A stretch of DNA of 59,319 bases from a virus (lineage: Duplodnaviria; Caudoviricetes): positions 1 to 59,319 of IMG/VR virus record IMGVR_UViG_3300030331_006178; one strand, written 5' to 3'. A model generated the notes under the pieces. It saw nothing but the letters and a program-made list of their open reading frames with translations, ran no database searches and was not told where the DNA came from. The position numbers and the translations under genes are program-made. Each line of letters begins with the position of its first letter. Position 1 is the first letter of the stretch. Below are positions 49,401 to 57,868 of the stretch, piece after piece.

Positions 49401-49945
49401 TTGAATATTTAAGCGGTTATGAGGTTGCCCAAGAAACAGTGTATATAAAAAGCAAAGATGATGTGTACACTCCAGGTCAACCAAAACAAGTGGTTAATAG
49501 AAGTGTTAACAAGCCGGTTTGGAAAACTTTGAATAAAAATGTTATAGATAATCTTGCGCCACAGCGTAAAATAATGTGCAGACTGGTGAGGTATAACGGC
49601 AAAGACACGTTGGAAGACGGTACCGTAGTGGATAGAAGCTACATTAACAAATACTTATCAAAAAAACTAGATATGCCTTTGATAAGCTCATTGTTTACTT
49701 TAAGAAAATCAGGTGAAGCGCTAGTGCCTGCTTCAAGAATAAACACTCTGCGTGATCAAGGTCAAGCGCAAGAGGCTATACAAGAATCTGAACCTATAGG
49801 CACAAACAGCGAAATTAATCAAACTATTGCATCTGAAGACGTGCAACAGGATACAGATAATTTAATATCTGATACGCTAGCGCCAACTCTTAATATTCCA
49901 CAGCCATTACCGCAAACGTTGCCGCCAACAGATTCAACACGATAA
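46406..49945 (+). CDS. Large hypothetical virion protein (1179 aa)
   Basis: A long ORF in the structural module, with a His cluster (VHIH..MAGPVH..PHP) and the shared C-terminal peptide. Confidence 0.6.
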   Translation: MISLESLSQELLPNIYVKNLTLNTDYKTVDSDTDNKGKSIPDNSFSSNLTLSLKFLKNPKFQSELALLLESEMIDLVKIYVHQITSKPDFEELYKDDIINSDGTPTEFAKTVLTQDNSESPFITTKIKSLFEISKNSEFVGSNGLTQLPEELLSDGTALNEIIGEFQFNNIPNDTDFLGYAIIISIKSTAEAGEVDAIYTDTFVSNITREIVILDGQLQNEGLIFTIAPFAAGSDISALSKFGQPGDIWAGGVHIHEGKFMAGPVHNQNPHPFLNYSLVPISKFIDNRVRTKIEKNILNITKTFEKLNSLTSRYKSSANLLDFNEYKNKTFVSDIYLSQDRKGNVEGAFVADKLESLKGNSSYAFLFENAKQLFANDSSSYQEFVNLMMQKSKLINAYVYDGNVTLGTITENQSESRYPKNFYEVKDSDREFIINKNSFIIPRDPKARSSYSSIGFEYFTFKHYISGYELTTKSYSTELEYIDPTIEFVKETIQSLRLSSNSLSSLIDFINKTPPPSFTGASKSNGGFDLVTQRINPDVLNSIKNSGGPEFATVEQNQNIYLKSLLDLPFKNIAIYFYSPEKGLDYKAFENYIKNVSNLNIATLDTLLVVNDFLINLIYKMELSLNSFGIKQTKEQSPNSYGYQLSIGDVKARSSTKAIKIKPLKKSQITIYEYGYDFTGLIDFQKIFGVEYFNGRAKDKFLDISTADYINACIYSFLEIGEVNNINSNFILTNGDIKSVQGLLYSYLNTPALSAEVFKSCIVLPEIVANLSSTEVGPQQVFTSIIKYKNDIFENNSHGINGPLTSGVSLKEDLITLLNAAGTTLPSVNQTQLGIVKEATINPVASDSLVQVGSNSNSVNDLLSATTNIDPQLTANSNNFKVNPSYTRQVVLEANSDISKNNLLSALNNRSIITNVIKNFSFNIEKEIFLPTDQNNFAGEIKAPLHVLCLPGAISKLGGPTANPFKPFDSAENLYISNGIVDPALLSYFWFIHQNIVRVEYLSGYEVAQETVYIKSKDDVYTPGQPKQVVNRSVNKPVWKTLNKNVIDNLAPQRKIMCRLVRYNGKDTLEDGTVVDRSYINKYLSKKLDMPLISSLFTLRKSGEALVPASRINTLRDQGQAQEAIQESEPIGTNSEINQTIASEDVQQDTDNLISDTLAPTLNIPQPLPQTLPPTDSTR
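49814..49900 (+). repeat. Copy 2 of the shared 29-aa C-terminal peptide
   Basis: INQTIASEDVQQDTDNLISDTLAPTLNIP. Confidence 0.85.
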
Positions 49946-50000
49946 TTAAAAGCTGGTGGTGCAACCGAGTGTCTTTTGAGGTACATAAAATATTAAAAAC

Positions 50001-50008
50001 ACTAATTA
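50001..50008 (+). promoter_or_regulatory. Candidate late promoter variant ACTAATTA
   Basis: Intergenic, upstream of an AAGGA RBS and ATG 50021, with one mismatch to ACTATTTA. Confidence 0.35.
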
Positions 50009-50020
50009 ATAAAGGATATC

Positions 50021-50482
50021 ATGGAAGATTTTGTCACAACAGCGTATAATCTACAATTACAACAATTAAGGTTACAGCAAGAGTCTGTTAATGAGTTTGT
50101 TGGGGTGATTGATGTTGAACAGATGGTGGCAGAACAACAAACATCCGATACGTCACGCCCTCGCACGACGAATTTGAGAAAAGAATCTAATAAGAAAATG
50201 GGCTTAACAAAGCTACAGATTCTTGAACAACGTAGAAGAGAAGAGGCTAGAAAGGTTGCTGCAGAAGAAAATGCATCAACTCTCGACGAACCTGCCGCAC
50301 CCGAACGAGAACCTAATGAACGCGAAAGAAGATCAGCAGAAACGGCAAGAGAAGCGAGAGAAGCGAGAGCGGCAAGAGCCCGCGCAAGAGAAAGAGCAGC
50401 CAATCAAAGAAGGGAGCCTGAGAGACCTCCAGAGGTTGTGCGAGACAGGCAGCCTACGCCCCGCGGAAGATCGGGATACTAA
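50021..50482 (+). CDS. Low-complexity Arg/Glu/Ala-rich hypothetical protein
   Basis: AAGGA RBS and AREAREARAARARARERAA repeats. It fills the gap between two large genes. Confidence 0.55.
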   Translation: MEDFVTTAYNLQLQQLRLQQESVNEFVGVIDVEQMVAEQQTSDTSRPRTTNLRKESNKKMGLTKLQILEQRRREEARKVAAEENASTLDEPAAPEREPNERERRSAETAREAREARAARARARERAANQRREPERPPEVVRDRQPTPRGRSGY

Positions 50483-50494
50483 CAGGGTTTATTA

Positions 50495-53400
50495 ATGGCA
50501 ATACAGAATTTAAATTTTAATAATTATATTTATCTTTTTAACAATCCAAATGAGATCACTGTTGCAGTTGAAGGCACCGGAATTGATAAAAATAATGAAG
50601 TTGGTCTTTACTTCTATGATCCAAGCGATCCTACAAATGAGGGTATAGAAGACTTTTTTGCTGCACTGGCTGGAGAATATTCTTCTCTCAATTATCAATA
50701 TTTTAACGACTTAAACACTCTTGGAGATGCGCCAAATCTAAACAATTCTGATAATCAATTGAGAGACGGCGGTGAGTTAGTCAATTATAGTATAGAGGGG
50801 ACTAACACAAATTTATCAATTGATGATTTTTATTATAAAATAACAAATGACTTTGGCTATAATCCAAGAACAAGAAATAGATTTACTGTTGAAAATGGAA
50901 TAGTTAAATTTAATTTTCACGCTGGAGTTAATCAAAGCTACAATATATCACCGGTGCAAGTAGGGATTTATGGAGACATTAGCCCAAATAATAATGACCT
51001 AGCTAAAGATGATGCAAAAATACAGATAGCTCCAAACACTTTTCGAGAAGTTGATGTTAACAGTAAAATCGAACCAACGAGTCTTTTAGGGCAAAAGAGC
51101 TTTGGAGAAAACAGCGGCGAGCCGGATTATTCATTAAAACAAATAAACGGATCGTACAAATATGAGCAATTTTCTTATTTTTCTGCTGAAGTTGAGGATG
51201 TAAGTAGTGTTGCTGATAATGAGTCTTTTGTAACTTCTTTCTTTTCTAATATTTATGATCTCTTAGAAAACTCACCAGGAAAGGGCTATACATTAAATTC
51301 CTCTACTAAAATAGGAGTTCCATACGACTACCAGACAACAATATCACAAGATTTAGATAATAAATCTATTGGAGTAAAAAACACTCGCCCAAGTTATGAA
51401 AATATGTACAACTATTATGACGCACAGTTTGAACCAATAACACGTGATCTTTACGCTGCATCATATTTGACTGAACCTGCCCTACCTAGTATCTATGATT
51501 TCACATACTTACCAGTTCAAACCAATGCAATGTCTGCTTTTTTAGGTTTACCCGGTGATACTATAATACCAGAAACAGCGAGATTATCGAACATAAATCA
51601 ATATTTAGATAATTTGTCTAATTTGTATGAAGAGTATTATAAATCATTTGAAGTCGATACGTCTTATGGACCCTCTGCGGCAATATTTGAAGATAAGTTT
51701 ATCTCTGATTGGATTACATCAGAGGATCTAGAATTTTCTAGCACTTCTGATAGTATATTTAACACTAGCAAATCTCAATTTATAAAACAAATAAATTCCA
51801 ATGCTGCATTTACCGAGCAGTTAGTTGAAGATAAAGGCGCTGCCGTACCCAAATGGCTGCAAGAAGTCAAGACGGGATTGTATTTTTCGGAGAACTCTTT
51901 AGAGTATTTTAACGAAGCTCTGCAATATAAAAGTTTTTTCCCTTATTTGATGTCTGTGAATATACCATTGGAGCAAAGAGGTCCTCTAGTAAAGCTATTT
52001 TCAGAAATTGGGCTACTTGATTCAATAAACACCCATGCAGCCTCTCTTGTCGTACCTAACGAACAAATAAGTGATAGTGTTGCAACAGTTAGTAATTTTT
52101 ATGGCGGATTAATCAATGGTTCTGGCGCAGAGCAGTTTAATTTGTACGGAAATATTAGATTAAAAAACTTTAACATGCACTTTTCTTTTAAGGGACAACT
52201 ACCTCCTGATAATGACGTGCAAAGTGAAAATTACGTGCCTGACTATTCACCAAGTGACTTGTTCATAGATAGCTTTGAAGATATTAGCATGTCATCGCCA
52301 AAAAATGTATTTACTTACACCGATAAATCAGAACAAACAACCTTTGACGGTCCATTGAAACAACTGCTAGACAAATTAAAAGGTGAAAAGTTTAACCAAA
52401 ATTTAAAAAAATTACTTTTGGAGGGTTCTTTACTGAGAAGCCCACAGGAGATTAAAAACGGAGCTTTAGCTCATCAAGAAACTTTGATGTATGAGATAGC
52501 CAAGTATAAGATTGGTCCAGAAGGCGAACAGATTTATATTCAGAGTGTTTTCTTACCGCTGGCTGACCAGGACAGCATAACTTATCTTGACACACAAGTT
52601 ATACCATATCAAGATTACTTTTATAAAATATTTGCACACAAAGCCGTTGTCGGAACGAAATATCGAGTTGACTATCAAAGCGAACCTGAACAGTATTATG
52701 CTGGTATTGGCGGCGCGCTATTCAAGTATAAGTACGAAGTACAACCATATTTGCAATTTATCAGAGTGCCATATTACAATACGGAACAGGTAAATGTATT
52801 AACTGACGAAGTAAATTACTCTAGAATCGAAGATGCACCACCATTACCTCCTCAAGTTCAAATCGTACCTTACAGAAATATAGACAATAAAATATTGATA
52901 TTGTTAAATAATTCTTCTGGTGAGATAAAAACTAGACCAATAGAAATGTTTGATGAAGATGCGGAATCGATACGTTCTACTGCCATTAGTCAAGGATTGA
53001 GATATGATGGTTCAAATCCAAGCATCGAACTTCTTTACAGGTCTGATGACCAAATCGGAACATTTGAAGCGTATAGAACTGATAATCTACCTTTGAGCTA
53101 TGAAGAAATGGCTGATGATCCTACATTGATTGCAACGCCCTTAAACGTTGGCGTCACTTCTTTTCAGGACAATATAGTTCCGAATACAGAGTATTATTAT
53201 ACATTTAGGTTTATTGATGTACACGGAAAGCTATCTAACCCAACTGACGTATATAGGGTAAAAATTATAAGTAATCCAAATAGCGCTCCATATTTAACAA
53301 TTTCAACGATAAACTTACTTGATGCTAGTAGAAATAAAGAAAATGAAAAGTTTTCTACTTTTAAAACTTTTCAAAAGTACTTATTAATACAACCAAGTGT

Positions 53401-53614
53401 TAGACAAAATACTGTTGATTACCCTGATGTTAGTGTTGATGAAAGCGGATTAGCCGTTGGAAATCAAAATACACAAGAGGTAATAGTTGGCGATCCTGTT
53501 ATTAATGCATTTGGTAAAAAATACAAATTAAGGCTTACGTCAAAACAAACAGGAAAAAAAATAGATATTAATTTTACTTTCAAAAATCCAAAAAATATTA
53601 TAAATGACTTATAA
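50495..53614 (+). CDS. Large virion protein with fibronectin-III-like segments (1039 aa)
   Basis: YLDTQVIPYQDYFYKIFA and FQDNIVPNTEYYYTFRFID resemble FN3 strands. Structural context. Confidence 0.55.
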   Translation: MAIQNLNFNNYIYLFNNPNEITVAVEGTGIDKNNEVGLYFYDPSDPTNEGIEDFFAALAGEYSSLNYQYFNDLNTLGDAPNLNNSDNQLRDGGELVNYSIEGTNTNLSIDDFYYKITNDFGYNPRTRNRFTVENGIVKFNFHAGVNQSYNISPVQVGIYGDISPNNNDLAKDDAKIQIAPNTFREVDVNSKIEPTSLLGQKSFGENSGEPDYSLKQINGSYKYEQFSYFSAEVEDVSSVADNESFVTSFFSNIYDLLENSPGKGYTLNSSTKIGVPYDYQTTISQDLDNKSIGVKNTRPSYENMYNYYDAQFEPITRDLYAASYLTEPALPSIYDFTYLPVQTNAMSAFLGLPGDTIIPETARLSNINQYLDNLSNLYEEYYKSFEVDTSYGPSAAIFEDKFISDWITSEDLEFSSTSDSIFNTSKSQFIKQINSNAAFTEQLVEDKGAAVPKWLQEVKTGLYFSENSLEYFNEALQYKSFFPYLMSVNIPLEQRGPLVKLFSEIGLLDSINTHAASLVVPNEQISDSVATVSNFYGGLINGSGAEQFNLYGNIRLKNFNMHFSFKGQLPPDNDVQSENYVPDYSPSDLFIDSFEDISMSSPKNVFTYTDKSEQTTFDGPLKQLLDKLKGEKFNQNLKKLLLEGSLLRSPQEIKNGALAHQETLMYEIAKYKIGPEGEQIYIQSVFLPLADQDSITYLDTQVIPYQDYFYKIFAHKAVVGTKYRVDYQSEPEQYYAGIGGALFKYKYEVQPYLQFIRVPYYNTEQVNVLTDEVNYSRIEDAPPLPPQVQIVPYRNIDNKILILLNNSSGEIKTRPIEMFDEDAESIRSTAISQGLRYDGSNPSIELLYRSDDQIGTFEAYRTDNLPLSYEEMADDPTLIATPLNVGVTSFQDNIVPNTEYYYTFRFIDVHGKLSNPTDVYRVKIISNPNSAPYLTISTINLLDASRNKENEKFSTFKTFQKYLLIQPSVRQNTVDYPDVSVDESGLAVGNQNTQEVIVGDPVINAFGKKYKLRLTSKQTGKKIDINFTFKNPKNIINDL

Positions 53615-53615
53615 T

Positions 53616-53623
53616 ACTATTTA
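53616..53623 (+). promoter_or_regulatory. Candidate phage late promoter ACTATTTA
   Basis: Intergenic, ending 19 nt before ATG 53643 and followed by AGGAGATA. Confidence 0.5.
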
Positions 53624-53642
53624 GGTAAAGAGGAGATATTAA

Positions 53643-54602
53643 ATGGCTTTCTTAGACAATTCGGGCGATATTATTCTTGACGCAGTGCTCACAGACACGG
53701 GTAGAGCGCGCCTAGCCAGAGGAGATGGCTCTTTCAAGATAGTGAAATTTGCTTTAGGTGATGATGAAATTGATTATGAATCGTTTGACGGCAATAATGC
53801 TTCTGGCTCTGCTTTCTTTGATTTAGAAATACTGCAGACACCAGTTTTTGAAGCGTTCACAAACAACACTTCAACAATGAAATCAAAATTGATTAGTCTT
53901 ACAAACAACAACCTTCTTTATTTACCGGTTGTTAAGTTGAATAAATTAGATCTTGCAGATGCCGCCCCAACCTCCACCGACGCCGGATCGAATGCTTTCG
54001 GTAGTGGCTCACATGTTTTGGTGGTAGATAATGATACCAAAAACGCTCTTGATAGCTCGGCATTGGGTGTTACTATATCTTCACAAGGATTTTTAAATGG
54101 CTTTGATGCACCGACTAAAGGAAGGCACATCAGAGTCGATCAAGGGTTGGACACTAGTGAAGTATCTCCTACTTTTACGATCGATCCCGAGCTAAAAGAA
54201 ACACAATACATAATTGAAATCGATTCTCGCTTCGCAAAAATTTATGATGCAAATGGCGACGGCGCAGTTGCTAGTCCTTCATTTATTGATGATGATTTAA
54301 TTGCTTCATATTATTTTGCACAGAATGTTGGATCTTATATTGAAAATATGGGACAAGAGGCAACAGACAAAGCAAAAGACTTTGAAAATAACATTGCTGG
54401 ACCAAGGGGTACAAAGTTTAAATTCGGCTTACAAGCTTCAACAGATGTCGTAGCTAGCGATTTTTTGTTTGAAACCATTGGAAGCACAGTCACTCCAGAT
54501 GGTAATACGTACTTTTTCTTAGATACGACTGTCAGAGTGACCGGGGTAACTACTGGTTACCAACTTGATATTCCCGTAAGATTACTAAAACTTAACGACT
54601 AA
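53643..54602 (+). CDS. Virion structural protein (tail-collar/fibre-attachment-like N-terminal motif)
   Basis: DAVLTDTGRARLARG...VKFALGDDEIDY and a strong GAGGAG RBS. Confidence 0.6.
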   Translation: MAFLDNSGDIILDAVLTDTGRARLARGDGSFKIVKFALGDDEIDYESFDGNNASGSAFFDLEILQTPVFEAFTNNTSTMKSKLISLTNNNLLYLPVVKLNKLDLADAAPTSTDAGSNAFGSGSHVLVVDNDTKNALDSSALGVTISSQGFLNGFDAPTKGRHIRVDQGLDTSEVSPTFTIDPELKETQYIIEIDSRFAKIYDANGDGAVASPSFIDDDLIASYYFAQNVGSYIENMGQEATDKAKDFENNIAGPRGTKFKFGLQASTDVVASDFLFETIGSTVTPDGNTYFFLDTTVRVTGVTTGYQLDIPVRLLKLND

Positions 54603-54614
54603 AAGGAAAAATAA

Positions 54615-55685
54615 ATGGCTACTACATTTAAAACTCTATTAAACAGCGATATTGCTAACACAAGAACACTTCTCCATGAGGCTATTCCAATCACTGGAAC
54701 AATTGTCTCGGGTACCTATAGTGACGAAAATATTAAAACATTTGCTCACGGAATGTTTGAAGCGGTATCTGATTACCCCTTCTTAAGCTCTTCTGCAAAT
54801 CACATATTTGACATTACAGCTGGATACTCAGCTAATAGTGCTTTATCGGCAGCGAGTAACACTCAAAATGCTAAAAAGATAAACATCTACAATCAGCACG
54901 CTCAAGTGCTTTATGGGTATGATGTAACGGGTTCTATACAAGAGTTTGATACTGATGGTAATATTGTAGCCGGCGGCACAAAAATGAGAGAGTGTTTTTT
55001 CCTTAATTTTGCAAGACTTTTAACTAAAGACGAAATTAAAAAAGATTCTTTTAGACTTAAATTGTATGCAACAGCTAGTTCAATAAGCAGTTCAAACGAT
55101 CGCGCTGCCCGTGAGACAATTGGTGATTATGGTGCGGCAACTAGCTTCAAAGTAAACTCTCCAGCTGGAGAGTACGGATTGCTTTTCTCGGCATCTAATA
55201 ATACGGGCGAAGACCAGAACCCTGCAATCGGACACATATACTATCAAGCTGGTATAGCAGTTATAACTGCATCTTACTTTACTGGCGCATTTGGTGCTCC
55301 TACCGCAGACGCTGAAATCCCTGCATTGCTTTTTGATAGACAAGTCGATAATAGACTAACCGGTTCAACCATAACGCAATTAGCTGATGGTTTTAGAGTG
55401 ATGTTGGATAATATTGATTTTAACAACACAACAGAACTTAATTCTACCATTTATTTCTGTCGTGCGAATACTCAAGATTACAACTATAGCGCTAATCCAA
55501 CTTACTTAACGGCAAGTAAAATTAGAGTTAAAAATGATAATCCAAAGGCTCAGCCAGTTTCTTACATTACAACTGTAGGTCTTTATTCTGCAGATAATGA
55601 ACTGCTGGCGGTAGCAAAACTATCGGAGCCGTTGAAGAAAACTCCTTCAAATGAATTAACTTTGAGGGTAAGATTAGACTACTAA
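54615..55685 (+). CDS. Virion structural protein (tail-collar-like C-terminal motif)
   Basis: SANPTY...YITTVGLYSADNELLAVAKLSEPLKK...LRVRLDY. Confidence 0.6.
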   Translation: MATTFKTLLNSDIANTRTLLHEAIPITGTIVSGTYSDENIKTFAHGMFEAVSDYPFLSSSANHIFDITAGYSANSALSAASNTQNAKKINIYNQHAQVLYGYDVTGSIQEFDTDGNIVAGGTKMRECFFLNFARLLTKDEIKKDSFRLKLYATASSISSSNDRAARETIGDYGAATSFKVNSPAGEYGLLFSASNNTGEDQNPAIGHIYYQAGIAVITASYFTGAFGAPTADAEIPALLFDRQVDNRLTGSTITQLADGFRVMLDNIDFNNTTELNSTIYFCRANTQDYNYSANPTYLTASKIRVKNDNPKAQPVSYITTVGLYSADNELLAVAKLSEPLKKTPSNELTLRVRLDY

Positions 55686-55686
55686 A

Positions 55687-56886
55687 ATGCCTTATTACAA
55701 GTTTGGTCCAAGAGACATATTAAGAAACAGGATAAAAACCTATCCTGATAATGTGTTTTTTGTAAATAATAATAAGATTTATTATGACAATAGAAACGCC
55801 ATCTCTGGTGCGCACCTAAATAACGTAACTCATGTTCCCACTGGACACGTTAGTCTTTATGAGCTTAATATAGATCGCGATTTTTCTAAACATACATACG
55901 ATCCAGACACCGATACGGGAGTTAAGGCAAAAATATTTCCATTTATCACAAAAGATTCTTCTTTGAATTCTTTTTCAACTATAAGTGATAATAGCTTTAA
56001 TCAATTTTTATATGGTGATATAATAACTGGTAGCTACCCATTATCAGCATCTATAGTTAGGGAGGTGTTTTCTTCTACGACAAGTCCAACGGGCTCTCAT
56101 TTGCTAGCGCTTAAGAACACTTTAAATTATTATACTCCAATTAGCAATCATTATTCTTTTAATTCTTCTTTGGGTAATAAAGCAACACAAGACGTTACGT
56201 TGATCAGCATACCAAGTATTTTTTATGGATCAGATATACACAAAAAATCAGTTAAATTAGATTTTTTCATTTCTGGCACTTTAGTTGCGCGTTGTGAAGA
56301 CTTGTACAGTAATGGTGAATTAATACAAACTAGCGGCACAGCGTTCGCACAGTCTAATGGTTCAGGATCGGTCGCAGGCGTGGTTTTATATAATGAGGGT
56401 TTCGTCTTGTTGACTGGAAGTTGGAATCTAACAGAGGCATCTCACGATTTTGGAGCAGTATCTAGAAATGGAAAATGGCTAGACTTCTGTGCTGGTGCAA
56501 ATGATGGCTCAACAGACGTAACTCCTTCTGCAAGTTTTGCACTTAATTTTCAAGGCACAAATTATATAAATACACTAACGATGCATGCCGACGCGCCATT
56601 GGGAGAATTAAATTTTTCTTCAAACCCAACGTACGTTAAATACCGCTCCTCTTTTGATTACAAAACAGGCTCAGGCGGCTACTTTCAAGATAATGATATC
56701 GCTATAAAAAACACTATAAGTTCTTCTTTTTATAAGTATGAAGAAGAATTTAAACCGCAAACTTTCATAAGTAAAGTAGGAATATACGATAAAGATAAAA
56801 ACCTCATAGCAATAGCCAACTTGTCTAAACCAGTTAAGAAACTAGAAGAGGTAGACTACACATTTAGATTAAAGCTAGACATTTAA
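55687..56886 (+). CDS. Virion structural protein, paralogue of 54615..55685
   Basis: SSNPTY...FISKVGIYDKDKNLIAIANLSKPVKK...FRLKLDI. Confidence 0.6.
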   Translation: MPYYKFGPRDILRNRIKTYPDNVFFVNNNKIYYDNRNAISGAHLNNVTHVPTGHVSLYELNIDRDFSKHTYDPDTDTGVKAKIFPFITKDSSLNSFSTISDNSFNQFLYGDIITGSYPLSASIVREVFSSTTSPTGSHLLALKNTLNYYTPISNHYSFNSSLGNKATQDVTLISIPSIFYGSDIHKKSVKLDFFISGTLVARCEDLYSNGELIQTSGTAFAQSNGSGSVAGVVLYNEGFVLLTGSWNLTEASHDFGAVSRNGKWLDFCAGANDGSTDVTPSASFALNFQGTNYINTLTMHADAPLGELNFSSNPTYVKYRSSFDYKTGSGGYFQDNDIAIKNTISSSFYKYEEEFKPQTFISKVGIYDKDKNLIAIANLSKPVKKLEEVDYTFRLKLDI

Positions 56887-56897
56887 GGAATCACTAT

Positions 56898-57410
56898 ATG
56901 ATATTAGGATTAGATATTAGCACCAGTATAACTGGTTTTTGTATCTTAGACGGAGAGGGTGAAATAATCCGCTCTGGCGTTTGGGACACAAGAAATAAAA
57001 ATAAATTTGAAACATTTTTTGATAAAATTCAATATGTTAAAGATGGTCTACAAGAAATCAAGGCACAGTACCCAATCCAGAAAGTATTTATAGAGAAACC
57101 TTTTATGTTTTTTGGCTCTGGCGGCTCAACAGCGAAAACTATGGCTGCTTTGCAAAAGTTTAATGGTACAGTGTCGTGGATATGTTATGAGACGTTCAAG
57201 CATCAACCAACCTACTTTACTGCCCAGCAAGCACGAAAACTTAATGAAATAAAGGTAGAAAAAGGTAAAGATACAAAAAAACAAATCCTACAATGGGTGC
57301 TTGACAACTGCCCTGACTTTAGTGTAGAATATACTCATAAGGGCAACCCTAGACCCAAGTATTTTGATATTGCTGATGCAATAGTAGTAGCGAAGGCAGG
57401 ACTTAAATGA
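56898..57410 (+). CDS. RuvC-like Holliday junction resolvase
   Basis: Acidic catalytic motifs ILGLDISTSITG, VFIEKP and FDIADA. Confidence 0.82.
   Translation: MILGLDISTSITGFCILDGEGEIIRSGVWDTRNKNKFETFFDKIQYVKDGLQEIKAQYPIQKVFIEKPFMFFGSGGSTAKTMAALQKFNGTVSWICYETFKHQPTYFTAQQARKLNEIKVEKGKDTKKQILQWVLDNCPDFSVEYTHKGNPRPKYFDIADAIVVAKAGLK
57301..57330 (+). promoter_or_regulatory. Candidate sigma70-type promoter inside the RuvC-like gene
   Basis: TTGACA-N18-TAGAAT, ~75 nt upstream of ORF 57407. Confidence 0.45.
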
Positions 57411-57868
57411 ACTGGACTACCGGTGCAGGTAAATCCATAAACTTTTTCGATATCACACAAAAAATAAAATCTCATAATAAAAACAAAGGACAAGTCATTG
57501 TAGGCACAGATTCTCACGTAAAAACGGGAAAATGCACCTTTACAACCACCATCGTCCTCGTCGGCGCTGAAAATCAGAAAGGAGGTCTTTACTTTTATAA
57601 AATAGAAAAGTATAATGACCCTGATAGATTTTACAACCGCATTCTTAAGGAAGCAGAGAAGTCAATAAACATGGCAATGAAGATAACAGAATTGTGCCCA
57701 TCGACAAATGTAGAAATACATATTGACATTTCACCAGAAGAATGTAATAATAGAACCTCACCTATGGCTAAAATGCTAGTAGGCTACACAGTTGGATCTG
57801 GATTTGCTTGTAAGATCAAGCCTGATTCTTTTGCAGCTTCGGTAGTCGCAGACAAACACTCTAAATGA
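57407..57868 (+). CDS. RNase H-like YkuK (DUF458) family protein
   Basis: VIVGTDS, RILKEAEKS, EIHIDI and IKPDSFAASVVADKHSK. Confidence 0.8.
   Translation: MNWTTGAGKSINFFDITQKIKSHNKNKGQVIVGTDSHVKTGKCTFTTTIVLVGAENQKGGLYFYKIEKYNDPDRFYNRILKEAEKSINMAMKITELCPSTNVEIHIDISPEECNNRTSPMAKMLVGYTVGSGFACKIKPDSFAASVVADKHSK

Noticed and set aside
49946-50000. Possible hairpin or small RNA in the intergenic gap (AAAAG...CTTTT)
   Set aside because: Pairing is weak and interrupted, with no clean stem plus U-tract and no tRNA features.
24260-56886. Interpretation as a bacterial contractile injection system (T6SS/eCIS/tailocin)
   Set aside because: The flanking primase, resolvase, gp47-like nuclease and gp55-like sigma indicate a replicating phage. 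No T6SS membrane complex or eCIS ATPase is seen.
570-57517. Numerous short minus-strand and alternate-frame ORFs in the supplied track
   Set aside because: They overlap longer + strand genes that have clear motifs or coupling, and show no recognisable motifs themselves. They are treated as shadow ORFs.
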